Source: Pseudothermotoga sp. (GTDB taxonomy: Bacteria > Thermotogota > Thermotogae > Thermotogales > DSM-5069). From it: a stretch of 64,000 nt of DNA. The notes beneath the pieces are model-generated. The model saw nothing but the letters and a program-made list of their open reading frames with translations, was not told the origin of the DNA and did no database searches. Where the stretch lies: the NCBI GenBank assembly GCA_031962025.1, contig JAVRKW010000002.1, one strand, 5' to 3'. Shown here one piece after another: positions 1-10,822 of this stretch; the stretch's first letter is position 1; each line of letters opens with the position of its first letter. The position numbers were made by a program, and so were the translations under genes.

Positions 1-1062
1 TGCCATCTGCTCAAGTGATTTAGCCATCTGTGCCACTTCGTCTTTGCCTTTCGCTTCAAATTTCACAGTGAGATCGCCTTTACCAAACTCCACAGCTTTC
101 GCCGCAAGAACTTTGATGGGTTTTGCTATCGATGTGCTCACAAATACTATCAAAACAGTTATTATTGCAATGAGCACCGCAAAAACTATCAAAACCACAG
201 TTAAAAGCCTATTTGCATCAGACAGTACCTGACTTTCTGGAACACTCACAGCAAAAGCCCATCCAGAGGTAGCCTTAATTGGAGAATAAAAGGCATAATC
301 AACCTGACCATCGGGTCGTGTGAATTTTGCAAAACCACTTTTTCCCGAAAGCATCTGCTGCGCTATTTGTTCAACACCTTTATAACCTTCTTTTGAAGCC
401 TGAGTGATGTTGAGTTTCATTACAACTTCTTTGTTTGGGTGAGCAAGAACCAGACCAGTTGAATCCACCACCCAGCCATAACCGGCTTTTCCTATCTTTA
501 TACCCGCTGCGATTTCGCTTATTGTGTCAAGAAGTACTGTTACACCAAACAAGCCTATGGTTTTGTTGTTTTCATCTTTAACCGCCGCTGCTATGACAAA
601 GATATTTTTACCGGTGGCTTTCGAAACCAGTGCATCACTTATCGCTATGTCTTTGTTTTGTTTCATAATCGCCATGAAATAACCCCTGTCAGAAATCTGT
701 GCAACACTTCCAAGTGTAGTTGGTGCACTGCCATCCGGATAAGCTATTAAAGCCATTTCAAAATACGGTTTTTGTTTCAACCTTGGCGGCAGGTAATTTT
801 TCATCAGATCATTCCAATCGCCACTTTTGACAGCGTTTATAACTGCATTGGTTTGAGCAAGCCATACAACTTCCTTTACAAGACCGTTGATCCACTCATT
901 TACTATGTCTGATGCCTTGCTTGATACCTCACTTGCCATGTTTTCTACAACAGATGTCACTGTACTTTTGATTTGAAAGTAAGCTATGAAGGCTATGGCA
1001 CAAACAAGGACTAAGACTGGTAATAAAATCAACACAAGCATTTTGCTTCTTAAAGTTTTCAT
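1..1062 (-). CDS. Methyl-accepting chemotaxis protein (dCache + HAMP), truncated by the window edge
   Basis: Not in the ORF track. Manual translation from ATG 1062 (SD AGGAGG): MKTLRSKMLVLILLPVLVLVCAIAFIAYF (TM1), Cache motifs (SDRGYF, IGKAGYGWVVDSTGLVLAHP), TM2, then HAMP (IAKPIKVLAAKAVEFGKGDLTVKFEAKGKDEVAQMA). The signalling domain lies outside the window. Confidence 0.85.
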   Translation of the reverse strand, partial: MKTLRSKMLVLILLPVLVLVCAIAFIAYFQIKSTVTSVVENMASEVSSKASDIVNEWINGLVKEVVWLAQTNAVINAVKSGDWNDLMKNYLPPRLKQKPYFEMALIAYPDGSAPTTLGSVAQISDRGYFMAIMKQNKDIAISDALVSKATGKNIFVIAAAVKDENNKTIGLFGVTVLLDTISEIAAGIKIGKAGYGWVVDSTGLVLAHPNKEVVMKLNITQASKEGYKGVEQIAQQMLSGKSGFAKFTRPDGQVDYAFYSPIKATSGWAFAVSVPESQVLSDANRLLTVVLIVFAVLIAIITVLIVFVSTSIAKPIKVLAAKAVEFGKGDLTVKFEAKGKDEVAQMAKSLEQMA

Positions 1063-1228
1063 AGCAAATATTCCTCCTTTTTGAATAATTTAATTTTTTA
1101 ACTAATTTATACCTGACTTATAGTTTTTTTCAGCGTTTAAAGACACTGACACAAATTATATACCAGTTGAACTGGCAAGTCAATGAGTAAAAAAATTACG
1201 GCTCTTTGAGAAATTTTTTTAGACTATT

Positions 1229-2077
1229 CTATCCCTTTAATCCACTTCCAACAAGCGATTTGACAAAAAGATCCTGGAGGGCGAAAAACAGGATCAGGGT
1301 AGGAGCGAGCGCAATGACAGTACCAGCCATTATGATACCCCAGTTATTTGAGGATTCTGCGTTTATGATCATATTTATTGCGACCTGAACTGTTTTCATC
1401 CTGTCTTCCATAGCCACTATCAAGGGCCAAAGGTACATATTCCACGCGTATGTGAAGTTTATTATCGCCGCTCCCGCTATGATGGGTCTTGACAGTGGAA
1501 GGATGATTTTTACAAAATACTGCATCTTGGTAGCCCCATCTATCGTTGCGGCATCTTCAAATTCTCTGGGTATCGTTCTGAAGTGCTGCTGCATTAAAAA
1601 AGTATTTGTTGCACTTGCCATGAAAGGTATTGTCATTGCCCAGTAGGTATTCGTCCAGCCAAATTTGCTCACTATTTTGAACAGAGGAACTATTAAAACA
1701 ATCTCGGCAGGGATGAACAAAGTGGCAAAAAGAATGTAGAAACTTACTTTATCTCCTTTGAAGCGAAAATTCGCATACGCATATCCGGAAAGTGAACCCG
1801 TCACCAGTTTGCCAAAGGTTATCAAAACGGCTATTATCGCGCTGTTCAACATCATCCTTGCAAACGGGACTATCTTGAAGGCATCTGAATAATTTTTCAC
1901 ATAAAAGCCTTGAGGCAGAAATTTTGGCGGATAGGCAAAAACAAATTCCGGCGGCTGAATACTCATCACAAGTGCAAGAAAAATAGGAGCAAAGATGAGC
2001 AGGCTAAAGATCAACAAAAGCACTTCAACGATTATCACTTTCAAAAGTTTTCTTTTTGATCTTCTCATTGCCAACAC
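1229..2077 (-). CDS. ugpE: Carbohydrate ABC permease, UgpE-like
   Basis: EAA loop (EDAATIDGA), CUT1 permease topology, follows ugpA-like gene; true start may be ATG 2068. Confidence 0.75.
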   Translation of the reverse strand: MLAMRRSKRKLLKVIIVEVLLLIFSLLIFAPIFLALVMSIQPPEFVFAYPPKFLPQGFYVKNYSDAFKIVPFARMMLNSAIIAVLITFGKLVTGSLSGYAYANFRFKGDKVSFYILFATLFIPAEIVLIVPLFKIVSKFGWTNTYWAMTIPFMASATNTFLMQQHFRTIPREFEDAATIDGATKMQYFVKIILPLSRPIIAGAAIINFTYAWNMYLWPLIVAMEDRMKTVQVAINMIINAESSNNWGIIMAGTVIALAPTLILFFALQDLFVKSLVGSGLKG

Positions 2078-2079
2078 CT

Positions 2080-2949
2080 CTACTGATAGTGAACCTTTTT
2101 TTGACCGAATGCAAAGTAAATGACTGTTACAAACATCATCAGAGCGAACAGGATCACATTTTCAGCAGCAGCCAGACCTGTCTTTTGAAATCTAAAGCCG
2201 TCCATGAACAGCTTGTAGATCATATTCGTCGTATAACCTCCCGGACCACCTTTGGTCATCACATCGATGATGGCAAAAGACTGGAACATCGATGAGATTA
2301 TACTCATTATGACAAGATAAAACGTGATCGGGGAAACCAGAGGAAAGATGACCTTCCATACTCGAGTCCATGAGCTGGCACCATCTATGATACTCGCCTC
2401 GATGACTTCAGAAGAGATACTCTGAAGAGCTGCAAGATAAAAAATCACGTTGAACGGCAATGTCTTCCAGATAGAAGCAAAGATCAAAGAATAAGCTGCG
2501 TATGGTTTTGTGGTCAGCCACTGTGCCTGAATACCAAACAGGATTCTGGATAGGTAGTTGACATGCCCGACAACGGGATTCAGTAAAAAACCCCAGAGAG
2601 CTCCTGCCACAGCATGTGAAACAGCGTAAGGAGCAAAGATCAGTGTCCTGTATATTCTCGCACCCGGCACCTTCTGATCGAGCAGCAGTGCGAGAAAAAA
2701 AGACAGAAAGATCGAAGCCACAACCGTTATAAATGTATAGACAAGCGTGAAATAAACAGCGCTCAAGTAGTCTTTGTCCTGAAAAAGATTCAGATAATTT
2801 TGAAACCCGACGAAGATTTTCCTGTTGCCAAAAACAGAGACACGATAAAAACTGGAGCTGAAAGATTCATAAGCAGGATAATATATGAACAAAACGATCA
2901 CGATATAAGTCGGTATCAAAAGTAGATATGGCAAAGATTTTTTGATCAC
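2080..2949 (-). CDS. ugpA: Carbohydrate ABC permease, UgpA-like
   Basis: EAA loop (EASIIDGAS), FVGFQNY and MTKGGP motifs; start moved to GTG 2949 behind SD GGAGGTG. Confidence 0.75.
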   Translation of the reverse strand: MIKKSLPYLLLIPTYIVIVLFIYYPAYESFSSSFYRVSVFGNRKIFVGFQNYLNLFQDKDYLSAVYFTLVYTFITVVASIFLSFFLALLLDQKVPGARIYRTLIFAPYAVSHAVAGALWGFLLNPVVGHVNYLSRILFGIQAQWLTTKPYAAYSLIFASIWKTLPFNVIFYLAALQSISSEVIEASIIDGASSWTRVWKVIFPLVSPITFYLVIMSIISSMFQSFAIIDVMTKGGPGGYTTNMIYKLFMDGFRFQKTGLAAAENVILFALMMFVTVIYFAFGQKKVHYQ

Positions 2950-2969
2950 CAAAGCACCTCCAAAAATAA

Positions 2970-2993
2970 GGTGGCTGGCTTTTGCCAGCCACC
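2970..2993 (-). terminator. Intercistronic stem-loop after the solute-binding protein gene
   Basis: Perfect 10-bp inverted repeat GGTGGCTGGC-N4-GCCAGCCACC followed on the minus strand by TTATTTTT. Confidence 0.7.
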
Positions 2994-2998
2994 ATAAA

Positions 2999-4303
2999 TC
3001 AAAAGTATTCTTTGATGGCTTTGTTTGCGTTCTTTTCTGCCTCATCAAGGGCTTGTTTTGGTGTTAGATCACCAGAGATCATTTTCTCTATGGCTGTTTC
3101 TATTGCATTTCTTACCTCTGGGAACGAACCGATTATGGCTCCATTTGTGTTGTAATTCTGCACACTGGTAAGCAGTTGCAGAATAGCAGTCAGATGATGA
3201 GGATTTTCCTTGTAATAACCCTGCGCCTGCAATTTCTGTATCGCATCAACTCTGATTGGGAAATAACCTGTTGCCTGATGCCAGGTGATCTGTGGTCCTG
3301 GTTCCGCAAGGTATTTCACAAGTTTCCATGCAGCATCGATCTCGGCTTGGTTTCTCTGTTTTATAATCCACAAACTTCCACCACCGATGATCACACCGCC
3401 ACGTGCTGAGCCATCTGGAAGTGGCAGGAAAGCCGTGCCGAGTTCAAAGCCCTGCTTGGCAGACTCTGTCATGAGTAGTGCAACATCAGACGTTGAAGAA
3501 ATCAGCATTCCGGTGGTTTGAGATATGAACAACTGTCTTGCCGCAGTCCAGTCGGCGCGTTTGGTGTTGATCATCAATCCTTCTTTTGTGAGAGTGTTCC
3601 ACAGATTCAGGAAATTCAGACCAGCCTGATTGTTGAAAACAACCTTTGTCGCTTTGGAGGTTCTCCCGTTGTTGTTGTCCACAAGCGGTTGATTCTGCAA
3701 AGCCATGTACTCTTCAAAGAACCAGGAATAAAGAGGCCAGGTGATTCCGGTTCTGACGATATTGCCTTTTTCATCTTTTTTAACCAGTTTTCTGCAAGCC
3801 TCAATCAGTTCGCTGTATGTGCGCGGAGGATTGTTTGGATCCAGCCCGACTTCCTTGAAAAGATTTTTGTTGTAATAAAGAAGCGGTGTTGAACTGTTCC
3901 ACGGCATTGAATACAGCTTTCCGCCGACTCTGTAATAATTCAAAACCTGCGGGAGGAACAAACCAACATCGAAGGACGGATCCTTATCGATCAGATCCTG
4001 AACAGGTACTATGACGCCGCTATCAACCATTTTCTGTGTGCTTATCTCGTTTAATTGAACAACGTGCGGTGGTGTACCAGCCTGAACTGCTGCGACGGTT
4101 TTTGAAAGGATCTCTTCGTAACTTCCGACATACTGCACTTCGACTTCAATGTCCGGGTTCAATTTCATAAACTCATTCACCATGTTCTGAATGACATCAA
4201 TGCGCCAGCCACCCATTGCATGCCAGAACTGAATCTTGGTTTTTGCAAAAGAAAGAACTGTGAAGACAACCAGCAACAGCACAAAAGCCTTTTTCACCTT
4301 CAA
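2999..4303 (-). CDS. ugpB: ABC solute-binding protein, sn-glycerol-3-phosphate UgpB-like
   Basis: Signal peptide; IQFWHAMGG, SMPWNSSTPLLYYNK, IIGGGSLW and WHQATGYFP motifs typical of UgpB. Confidence 0.8.
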   Translation of the reverse strand: MKVKKAFVLLLVVFTVLSFAKTKIQFWHAMGGWRIDVIQNMVNEFMKLNPDIEVEVQYVGSYEEILSKTVAAVQAGTPPHVVQLNEISTQKMVDSGVIVPVQDLIDKDPSFDVGLFLPQVLNYYRVGGKLYSMPWNSSTPLLYYNKNLFKEVGLDPNNPPRTYSELIEACRKLVKKDEKGNIVRTGITWPLYSWFFEEYMALQNQPLVDNNNGRTSKATKVVFNNQAGLNFLNLWNTLTKEGLMINTKRADWTAARQLFISQTTGMLISSTSDVALLMTESAKQGFELGTAFLPLPDGSARGGVIIGGGSLWIIKQRNQAEIDAAWKLVKYLAEPGPQITWHQATGYFPIRVDAIQKLQAQGYYKENPHHLTAILQLLTSVQNYNTNGAIIGSFPEVRNAIETAIEKMISGDLTPKQALDEAEKNANKAIKEYF

Positions 4304-4360
4304 CCACCTCCCATTGAATTATAGTCCTGATTTTTCAAATATCTGTGAAAATCCTTAAAA

Positions 4361-4420
4361 AACACAAAAAACCATACCCCATTTCTGGGGTATGGTCTTC
4401 TCCAGGTCTCCGCCATACCC
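4361..4420 (-). promoter_or_regulatory. Leader terminator/antiterminator upstream of ugpB (GlpP-type candidate)
   Basis: 11-bp stem with GAAA loop (4371-4396) plus U tract; competing GGGTATGG at 4420-4413; GGAGA-N3-GGAGA between them. Confidence 0.7.
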
Positions 4421-4445
4421 TCGTCCGATTCAATCTGCGTTAACC

Positions 4446-4474
4446 ATTTTACCACAGATAAATTAATAACGCAA
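4446..4474 (-). promoter_or_regulatory. Sigma70-type promoter of the ugp operon
   Basis: TTGCGT-N17-TAAAAT with an extended -10 TG. Confidence 0.6.
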
Positions 4475-4522
4475 GCGTTTTGTTCACATTTACTTCATCA
4501 AAAGAAACATCTTCCAAAAACA

Positions 4523-5140
4523 CTATACAATCTCACTTTTTTGTAGATCCATCAAGATGAAAAGTTTTTCCTTGAGCTGCCATGGATACGGCAAATGTAT
4601 CGTTTTAAAACCAAATTCCTGTGCTGTTTTGATGTTTTCCCACTTGTCATCTATAAAAAGACTTTCCTGTGGTATCAGATTGTATCTTTTTATCAATTTG
4701 AGATATATTTCTCTTTCCGGTTTGATGGCTTTCACATCCGATGAAATTATCATCCCATCGAATAACTTGAAAAAATCGTACTTCTCATAGACCATTTTGA
4801 AATTGTTTTCACTGAAATTGGAAAGGACATAGAGCTTGAAGCCCTTTTGCTTGAGAATACCTGCAATTTCTACATTTTCCTCAATGGGTGTTAAAAGTTG
4901 TGGTGACTTTTCTTTCATGTGCAAAATATACTGCGCATACTCGGGAAGTTCTTCGATCTTTTTCTGCCATAGCTGGTTTTCTGAGATAATGCCTTTGTCC
5001 ATTAACTGCCAGTCCTGATGCTCAAATATTTCTCTGTTGAGTTTATCTGCCACATCCTTTGGGAAATGTTTCAACATATACTCGTACGGTTCCCAGTTTA
5101 TAAGAACTCTGCCAAGGTCGAAGACGATATTTTTTATCAA
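4523..5140 (-). CDS. HAD-family phosphatase
   Basis: NIVFDLGRVL motif I, LSN, KP and FIDD motifs; start moved to TTG 5140 behind GGAGGG. Confidence 0.85.
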   Translation of the reverse strand: MIKNIVFDLGRVLINWEPYEYMLKHFPKDVADKLNREIFEHQDWQLMDKGIISENQLWQKKIEELPEYAQYILHMKEKSPQLLTPIEENVEIAGILKQKGFKLYVLSNFSENNFKMVYEKYDFFKLFDGMIISSDVKAIKPEREIYLKLIKRYNLIPQESLFIDDKWENIKTAQEFGFKTIHLPYPWQLKEKLFILMDLQKSEIV

Positions 5141-5157
5141 GCTATCTACCCTCCATC

Positions 5158-7692
5158 TCAATTTCTGTACATCACCATAGCAGACAGTGCTGGAATCTTT
5201 ATATTTCCACTGACCGTGTAAAGCGTTTCCAATCCGGCATTTTCTTTATCAACAACGACATTCCATTCACCATCCGGCAAAGAAATACTCTGTTCATTGA
5301 TGTCTCCATTGTAGATCACCAGAATCTCTTTCCACGGATCGTTGTTTGCATGATCGGTTATCATAAAGGCAACCATCTTTTTTGGTGTATCAACAAACTG
5401 TATGTGCTTTTTTATATCATCTGCTGTTCGCATTCTGAACGCAGGATGCTGTTTTCTGAGATTTATCAATCCCTTGTGATACTCAAAAACATCTATAAAC
5501 TGGGCTTTTCTTTCATAATCAAGTGCATTCACAGAGATAGGTGCATTGTATGAGTTCTCGTTGAATTGCTTGGTTCTGCAAAAATCCTGACCTGCGTGAA
5601 AGAAAGGAACGCCCTGCGAAGTCAGCAATATGGCTGCCGCAAGTTTTTGAGCCGATTTTAATTCTTCTTCACTCCAGTCTCTTTTGTCAGATTTTGCAGC
5701 CAGCACATTTTTATCCCACAGTGTGTGGTTGTCGTGGCATGCGGCGTAATTGATTGTCTGTTCCGGACTGCTGGCAAAATCGACGATCAATTTATTGTCG
5801 TAGTTGATACTTCCAACCACACCTCTTTTGATCCTGACCTCTCTGCCTATGGATCCCATGACAAATCCCTTTGCCTTTGGATCAAAAACAGAACCCCTTA
5901 TACCATCTCTTATACCGTCATTGAAAACTGCTATTCTCAAATCCAGTAGCTGTGATTTTCCAAACCTGGGCTGAACTCCCCATCCTCCCCACGGTTCACC
6001 ATAGATGATCACACTCGGATTGATCTGTCTGAGAGTCTTTTCAACAAGCACCATGGTTTCACGGTCTATGAGCCCCATCTGGTCGAACCTGAAACCATCC
6101 ACGTGGTATTCCTCGGACCAGTAAACAACCGCGTCAAGAATATACCTTCTCATCATGAGCCTTTCACTGTTTGTCGTGTTGCCGCAACCGCTTTCATTCA
6201 AATACTGACCCATTTTTCCGATTCTGTAATAATAATAAGGAACTGCCTGATCAAACACGGAAAGCTCTCCAACACCGTAAGTATGTGGAAAAACCATGTC
6301 TAATATCACACCTATACCATTTTTGTGAAATGCCTGGACCATTTTTTTGACTTCGTAAATCCTTGCCCTTGGATCCGAAGGATTTGAACTGTAACATCCT
6401 TCCGGTACCATGTAGTGATATGGGTCATATCCCCAGTTGTACTGATGTTCAAAATCCTTTTTCAGTTCATCACCTGTGTAGAAGTCGTAGATTGGCAATA
6501 TATGAACATGTGTCACACCAAGTTCCTTGATGTGCTCAAAGCCTGTTGTAACACCACCAGGTCCATGCGTGTTCTCTTCAACAAGACCAAGGTATGAACA
6601 TTTGTTTTTCACACCACTTGTTGGAGAACCCGTCATATCTGCAACGTGTATTTCATAAATTATCGCATCGACGTACGAATCCAGCTCAACGTAATGGTCT
6701 TTTTCCCATTCTGATGGATTGGTCTTTTTCATATCGACTATTGCACCAAGTTTTCCCTGCAGCGACAGAGCTCTGGCGTATGGATCAACCCCTTCTTTCT
6801 TGGAGCCATAGCTTTCATAGCGATACTTATAAAACCAGCCGTCCAAGTTGCCGTCGATTTTTGCATACCACACACCTTTTTTCTGCCTGTCCATTTTAAA
6901 AACAATCTCTGGTTGATCTTGTTCAGCCGTTCGATACAAAAGCAACTCCACCGATCTACTCACAGGTGACCACACATAAAATTCCGTATAAAATGGCGTG
7001 TAAATTGCACCCAAAGGACCATCATAATAGAGATGATCCAGAACTTCTACTGCAAAAACCCTTGATTTACTGAACCCATCGATTTGTAAAAAGATATCCT
7101 TCGATAGATCTTCTTCACGCAAAGGATCGGAAAGCTTCACCTTGAAATAGTTTGTTCTGGTTATATCAGTTGGGTCGGCTTTCTCAAGTTTAGAAACCGC
7201 AACGTACTGATCATCCACAGTGACCTTGACCTTTTCAATATATGTTTTTAGATCTATGGCATTTGTCGTGTAAGCTTCTATTGTTGAAAAATCCACTAAT
7301 TTTGCGAAAAACACTCTTGGACTCGTATCTGGTTTTGAGGTGTAGATCTGTTCATCATTTTGAAGAATATAAACCTCTGCCTTGCCGTCTTTTATTTCTA
7401 TAAACCTGTCTTTTGCCACATCCTTTTCCTCCCATTCTCTCAGTCTGACTATTATACCAACCTCGGTCAGATCAAGGGGTATTTCAACGGTTGCCTTTAC
7501 ACCAAAGTCATCCACTTCGGTGAATTGATAAGCCTTACCTTCAAAAGAAACAGGCTTAACGGGCCATATCCAAAGATTCCATCCTTCGTACTTTCCATCA
7601 TACCTGTGATAGTGTACTACAATCGTCGTGGAGGCAAAAATCACCGCACAAAAACTCAGAAGAAACAAAAACAAGAACTTTTTCACCATCAA
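5158..7692 (-). CDS. pulA: Type I pullulanase (GH13) with N-terminal CBM41, secreted
   Basis: Signal peptide, [18 protein letters not shown] (CBM41), YNWGYDP signature, [23 protein letters not shown]. Confidence 0.95.
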   Translation of the reverse strand: MMVKKFLFLFLLSFCAVIFASTTIVVHYHRYDGKYEGWNLWIWPVKPVSFEGKAYQFTEVDDFGVKATVEIPLDLTEVGIIVRLREWEEKDVAKDRFIEIKDGKAEVYILQNDEQIYTSKPDTSPRVFFAKLVDFSTIEAYTTNAIDLKTYIEKVKVTVDDQYVAVSKLEKADPTDITRTNYFKVKLSDPLREEDLSKDIFLQIDGFSKSRVFAVEVLDHLYYDGPLGAIYTPFYTEFYVWSPVSRSVELLLYRTAEQDQPEIVFKMDRQKKGVWYAKIDGNLDGWFYKYRYESYGSKKEGVDPYARALSLQGKLGAIVDMKKTNPSEWEKDHYVELDSYVDAIIYEIHVADMTGSPTSGVKNKCSYLGLVEENTHGPGGVTTGFEHIKELGVTHVHILPIYDFYTGDELKKDFEHQYNWGYDPYHYMVPEGCYSSNPSDPRARIYEVKKMVQAFHKNGIGVILDMVFPHTYGVGELSVFDQAVPYYYYRIGKMGQYLNESGCGNTTNSERLMMRRYILDAVVYWSEEYHVDGFRFDQMGLIDRETMVLVEKTLRQINPSVIIYGEPWGGWGVQPRFGKSQLLDLRIAVFNDGIRDGIRGSVFDPKAKGFVMGSIGREVRIKRGVVGSINYDNKLIVDFASSPEQTINYAACHDNHTLWDKNVLAAKSDKRDWSEEELKSAQKLAAAILLTSQGVPFFHAGQDFCRTKQFNENSYNAPISVNALDYERKAQFIDVFEYHKGLINLRKQHPAFRMRTADDIKKHIQFVDTPKKMVAFMITDHANNDPWKEILVIYNGDINEQSISLPDGEWNVVVDKENAGLETLYTVSGNIKIPALSAMVMYRN

Positions 7693-7820
7693 ACCACACC
7701 TTTCTGAAAAATGAAGATGGGTGTACCTTTCATGCTTTCAAAACTATTTTAGCCTTTCTACTACGGAAAACAAAGAAGCTTGATCTGAAACAGAAAACAG
7801 GCTATGATACAGTCAGGTGA

Positions 7821-8603
7821 TTGGAAATGATAAAAACCACATCGGTGAAATTTTCAATCCTGTGTGATGATAGATTGGCTGCACCGCTTTTTTCAGAGCA
7901 CGGTTTTTCAGTTATTGTTGAGAAAGATCAGGATCCACCAATTGTTTTTGATACAGGTAGCAGCGATGTCTTCATAAAAAATGCCGAAATTCTTGGAAAA
8001 GATCTGACAAAAGTTGAAAAAATAATCATAAGCCATGGTCATTACGATCATGCCGGCGGGCTGAGATATCTTTCAAAGTTCGGCAAAAAGTTCAAAGTAT
8101 ACGTCAGACAGGAGATATTCACACCAAAATACAGCGATGAAAGATTCATAGGTCTGGATTGGAAAGATCTACGCGGATCATTTGAATTTGCAACAATCAC
8201 GCAAAAAGTAACTGAAATAACCCGTGGTGTCTATGCTTTTGGTCCTGCAGAGATGAAAAATGATTTTGAACAGCCAGATACATATTTTTATATTCTCAAA
8301 GATGGACAAAAAATCAAAGATTTTTTCGATGATGAATTGAGCCTGGTTATAGATGAAGACGATGGCATAGTACTCATAACAGGCTGTGCACACAGGGGTA
8401 TTGTGAACATTGTAGAAGATGCCACCAAAACTTTTGGCAAAAAGATAAAGGTTCTTATAGGAGGCTTTCATTTATACAAATCACCATTGTCGAAGATAGA
8501 AAAGACGCTCAACGCTTTGAAAGCTTTTGGTATAAAAAGGATAATGCCGTATCACTGTACGGGAGATCAGGCAATACAGATCATTAACTCTTTCAAAATG
8601 TGA
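7821..8603 (+). CDS. MBL-fold metallo-hydrolase
   Basis: EHGFS, FDTG, SHGHYDHAGG, TGCAHRG, GGFH and HCTG motifs. Confidence 0.85.
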   Translation: MEMIKTTSVKFSILCDDRLAAPLFSEHGFSVIVEKDQDPPIVFDTGSSDVFIKNAEILGKDLTKVEKIIISHGHYDHAGGLRYLSKFGKKFKVYVRQEIFTPKYSDERFIGLDWKDLRGSFEFATITQKVTEITRGVYAFGPAEMKNDFEQPDTYFYILKDGQKIKDFFDDELSLVIDEDDGIVLITGCAHRGIVNIVEDATKTFGKKIKVLIGGFHLYKSPLSKIEKTLNALKAFGIKRIMPYHCTGDQAIQIINSFKM

Positions 8604-8785
8604 TACCAAAACAGACAAAGCTTCAGAAATTGTTGAATTTGCCCAATTCATAGCATAGAGGGCACAGAGAAATTAACAAAAGAATAAGCCATAAAATAAC
8701 CACAACCATTAGATAAGAGCCATGTATAATTTGGCATAAGAAAGTTGATGTATGATCTGAAAACCCATGAAATAGCAGGAGAATT

Positions 8786-9559
8786 TTAAACAGTTTCTTT
8801 TTCTTTGTAATAGCTTTGATTTTGCAGAAGTTGCTCCTGTGGAACGTCTTTTATCTCTTTTGCAGGAATTCCTGCGTATACCTTTCTGGGCGGCACATTT
8901 TTTGTGACCACAGCACCTGCGGCGATCAAGGCATCCTCACCAATTTCCACACCAGGTAAAATAGTGGCATTTGCACCTATTCTTGCACCTTTTCGGATCG
9001 ACGGACCCTTGAAATATTTCTTTCTCTCCTCAGTTCTACCGAGAAAATTGTCGTTTGTGAAAGTAACTTCTGGTGCTATGAAACAGTAATCCTCTATGAG
9101 TGACATAGCTGTGATATAGGCTTCTGTCTCTATTTTTACATATTTTCCTATCGTTGTTTTGTTTTCAATAGCAACACCTCTACCAATCACAGTGTGTTCA
9201 CCAATTATTACATCCTCTCTGATGCTTGCAAGATCACCAACAAAAACATATTCTTTGAGAACTGCTCCCCGGTAAATAACACAATTGGCACCTATTGTTA
9301 CATACTTTCCTATAACCAGTGGCGGCAGAGGTTTATTCTCGGTTGTCGCTGATATAGTGGCTCTGAATGGTTCCTTGCCCAGGATAGTGTTGTCTGAAAT
9401 CACACAACCATTACCAATCACAGTATCTTTTTTGATCACCACATTGTGTCCGATAATCACATCATCATAAATAATCACACCATCTTCAACCACAACATTA
9501 TAACCAAAGACCACATTTTCAGCAATTTTCGCGTTTGGTGAAATGTACATCCTCATCAC
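8786..9559 (-). CDS. Hexapeptide-repeat (left-handed beta-helix) N-acyltransferase
   Basis: Repeated [IV]GxxxxI hexapeptides, VTFTND, IGANATILPGV, GIPAK. Confidence 0.85.
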   Translation of the reverse strand: MMRMYISPNAKIAENVVFGYNVVVEDGVIIYDDVIIGHNVVIKKDTVIGNGCVISDNTILGKEPFRATISATTENKPLPPLVIGKYVTIGANCVIYRGAVLKEYVFVGDLASIREDVIIGEHTVIGRGVAIENKTTIGKYVKIETEAYITAMSLIEDYCFIAPEVTFTNDNFLGRTEERKKYFKGPSIRKGARIGANATILPGVEIGEDALIAAGAVVTKNVPPRKVYAGIPAKEIKDVPQEQLLQNQSYYKEKETV

Positions 9560-9725
9560 CCTATACAGAATGATAACACAGGTTATCTGTGAAGATAAAA
9601 ATGCTCATCACAGTTCCATGAGTAGAATGAAGACAGATTGTGTTTGAGAAATTTAATAATAAAACGGTAGTGGAGTAGAGGCTATAAAAAAGGATATTGC
9701 TAATTGTTTCACCAAAAGTCTGATA

Positions 9726-9754
9726 TTGCCAACTCAATTTGTTTTTGATAAAAT
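9726..9754 (+). promoter_or_regulatory. Sigma70-type promoter of the ABC/purine salvage operon
   Basis: TTGCCA-N17-TAAAAT with extended -10 TG. Confidence 0.6.
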
Positions 9755-9793
9755 ATCTATAAAGTAACTAAACTCCTGTGGGAGGTATGGAAA

Positions 9794-10819
9794 ATGAGAA
9801 AAATTCTTGCTGGTATTTTTACCTGCCTGATCATTGTGAGTAGTTTTGGTGCCGCAAAGCTAAATGTCTCAACCTGGGGTTTCAACCTTGATTTGCTTGA
9901 CAAGAATATCTCCAAACCATTCTTAGAAAAATATGGTATTGAAATTGTCAGAGAAGTCGGAAACAACTCCGTAAGGTTGACAAAGCTGATTTCTCAGAAA
10001 AACAACCCGGTAATTGATGTGGTCCATTTTGTTGATTATTATGCCATGCTCGCAGTCAAAGAAGGTCTTTTACAACCCATTGATGTGAGCAAACTAAAAA
10101 ATTACGACCAGATATACGATTTTGCCAAAAACCCAATCGGAGGCAATTACGGAATTGGTTACACAGTTTACAGTATGGGCATAGTGTATCGAACCGACAA
10201 AATTAGAAGTCCAATTACATCTTGGAAGGACTTCTGGAGTAAAGAAGTAGCTGGTCACATAAGTCTACCAGATATAACAACCACACAGGGACCAGCTTTG
10301 ATGATGCTTTTTAACGAAATCTACGGCGCAAATGCATATGATCCGGAACTAAAAACAGCATTTGAAAAGCTTCGCCAGTTAAAGAAAGACGTCGTTACTT
10401 TCTACAAGACTTCGTCGGAGTTAATCAATTTGTTCAAAATGGGTGAGGTCTGGATGGCACCTGTTTTGAGATTCTCGTGGGGTCAGTTCCTCGACACGGG
10501 TTTGCCCCTGGCATGGGTAACTCCCAAAGAAGGTATGCCCGGCTTTCTCAATGTGATCAGTATAATAAAAGGTGCCAAGAACCTTGAAGAAGCTTATAAA
10601 TACATAGATTTTGTCATAAGCCAGGAAGTTCAATATGCAGAAGCAATGGACCTTGTGGATTCACCCGTGAATGTCAATGTTGTTGTACCTCAAGAAATAG
10701 CCGAGAAACTGACTTACGGAGCTGAACATATAAAATCACTCATTTTTTACAGGACGGACTTCATAATGGAAAATTACGACAAGTGGATCAACAAATGGAA
10801 TGAGCTGATCGCACAATAA
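9794..10819 (+). CDS. ABC solute-binding protein, PotD/polyamine-like family
   Basis: Signal peptide, ITSWKDFW, PKEG, AYKYIDFVIS; heads a SBP-permease-permease-ATPase operon. Confidence 0.8.
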   Translation: MRKILAGIFTCLIIVSSFGAAKLNVSTWGFNLDLLDKNISKPFLEKYGIEIVREVGNNSVRLTKLISQKNNPVIDVVHFVDYYAMLAVKEGLLQPIDVSKLKNYDQIYDFAKNPIGGNYGIGYTVYSMGIVYRTDKIRSPITSWKDFWSKEVAGHISLPDITTTQGPALMMLFNEIYGANAYDPELKTAFEKLRQLKKDVVTFYKTSSELINLFKMGEVWMAPVLRFSWGQFLDTGLPLAWVTPKEGMPGFLNVISIIKGAKNLEEAYKYIDFVISQEVQYAEAMDLVDSPVNVNVVVPQEIAEKLTYGAEHIKSLIFYRTDFIMENYDKWINKWNELIAQ

Positions 10820-10822
10820 AAA

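Noticed and set aside
1229..4303. Missing ATPase gene in the ugp-like operon
   Set aside because: CUT1 systems commonly share an MsmK/MalK-type ATPase encoded elsewhere.
8604..8785. Possible small ORF in the gap between convergent genes
   Set aside because: Short open frames exist on the minus strand but lack an SD or recognisable motif.
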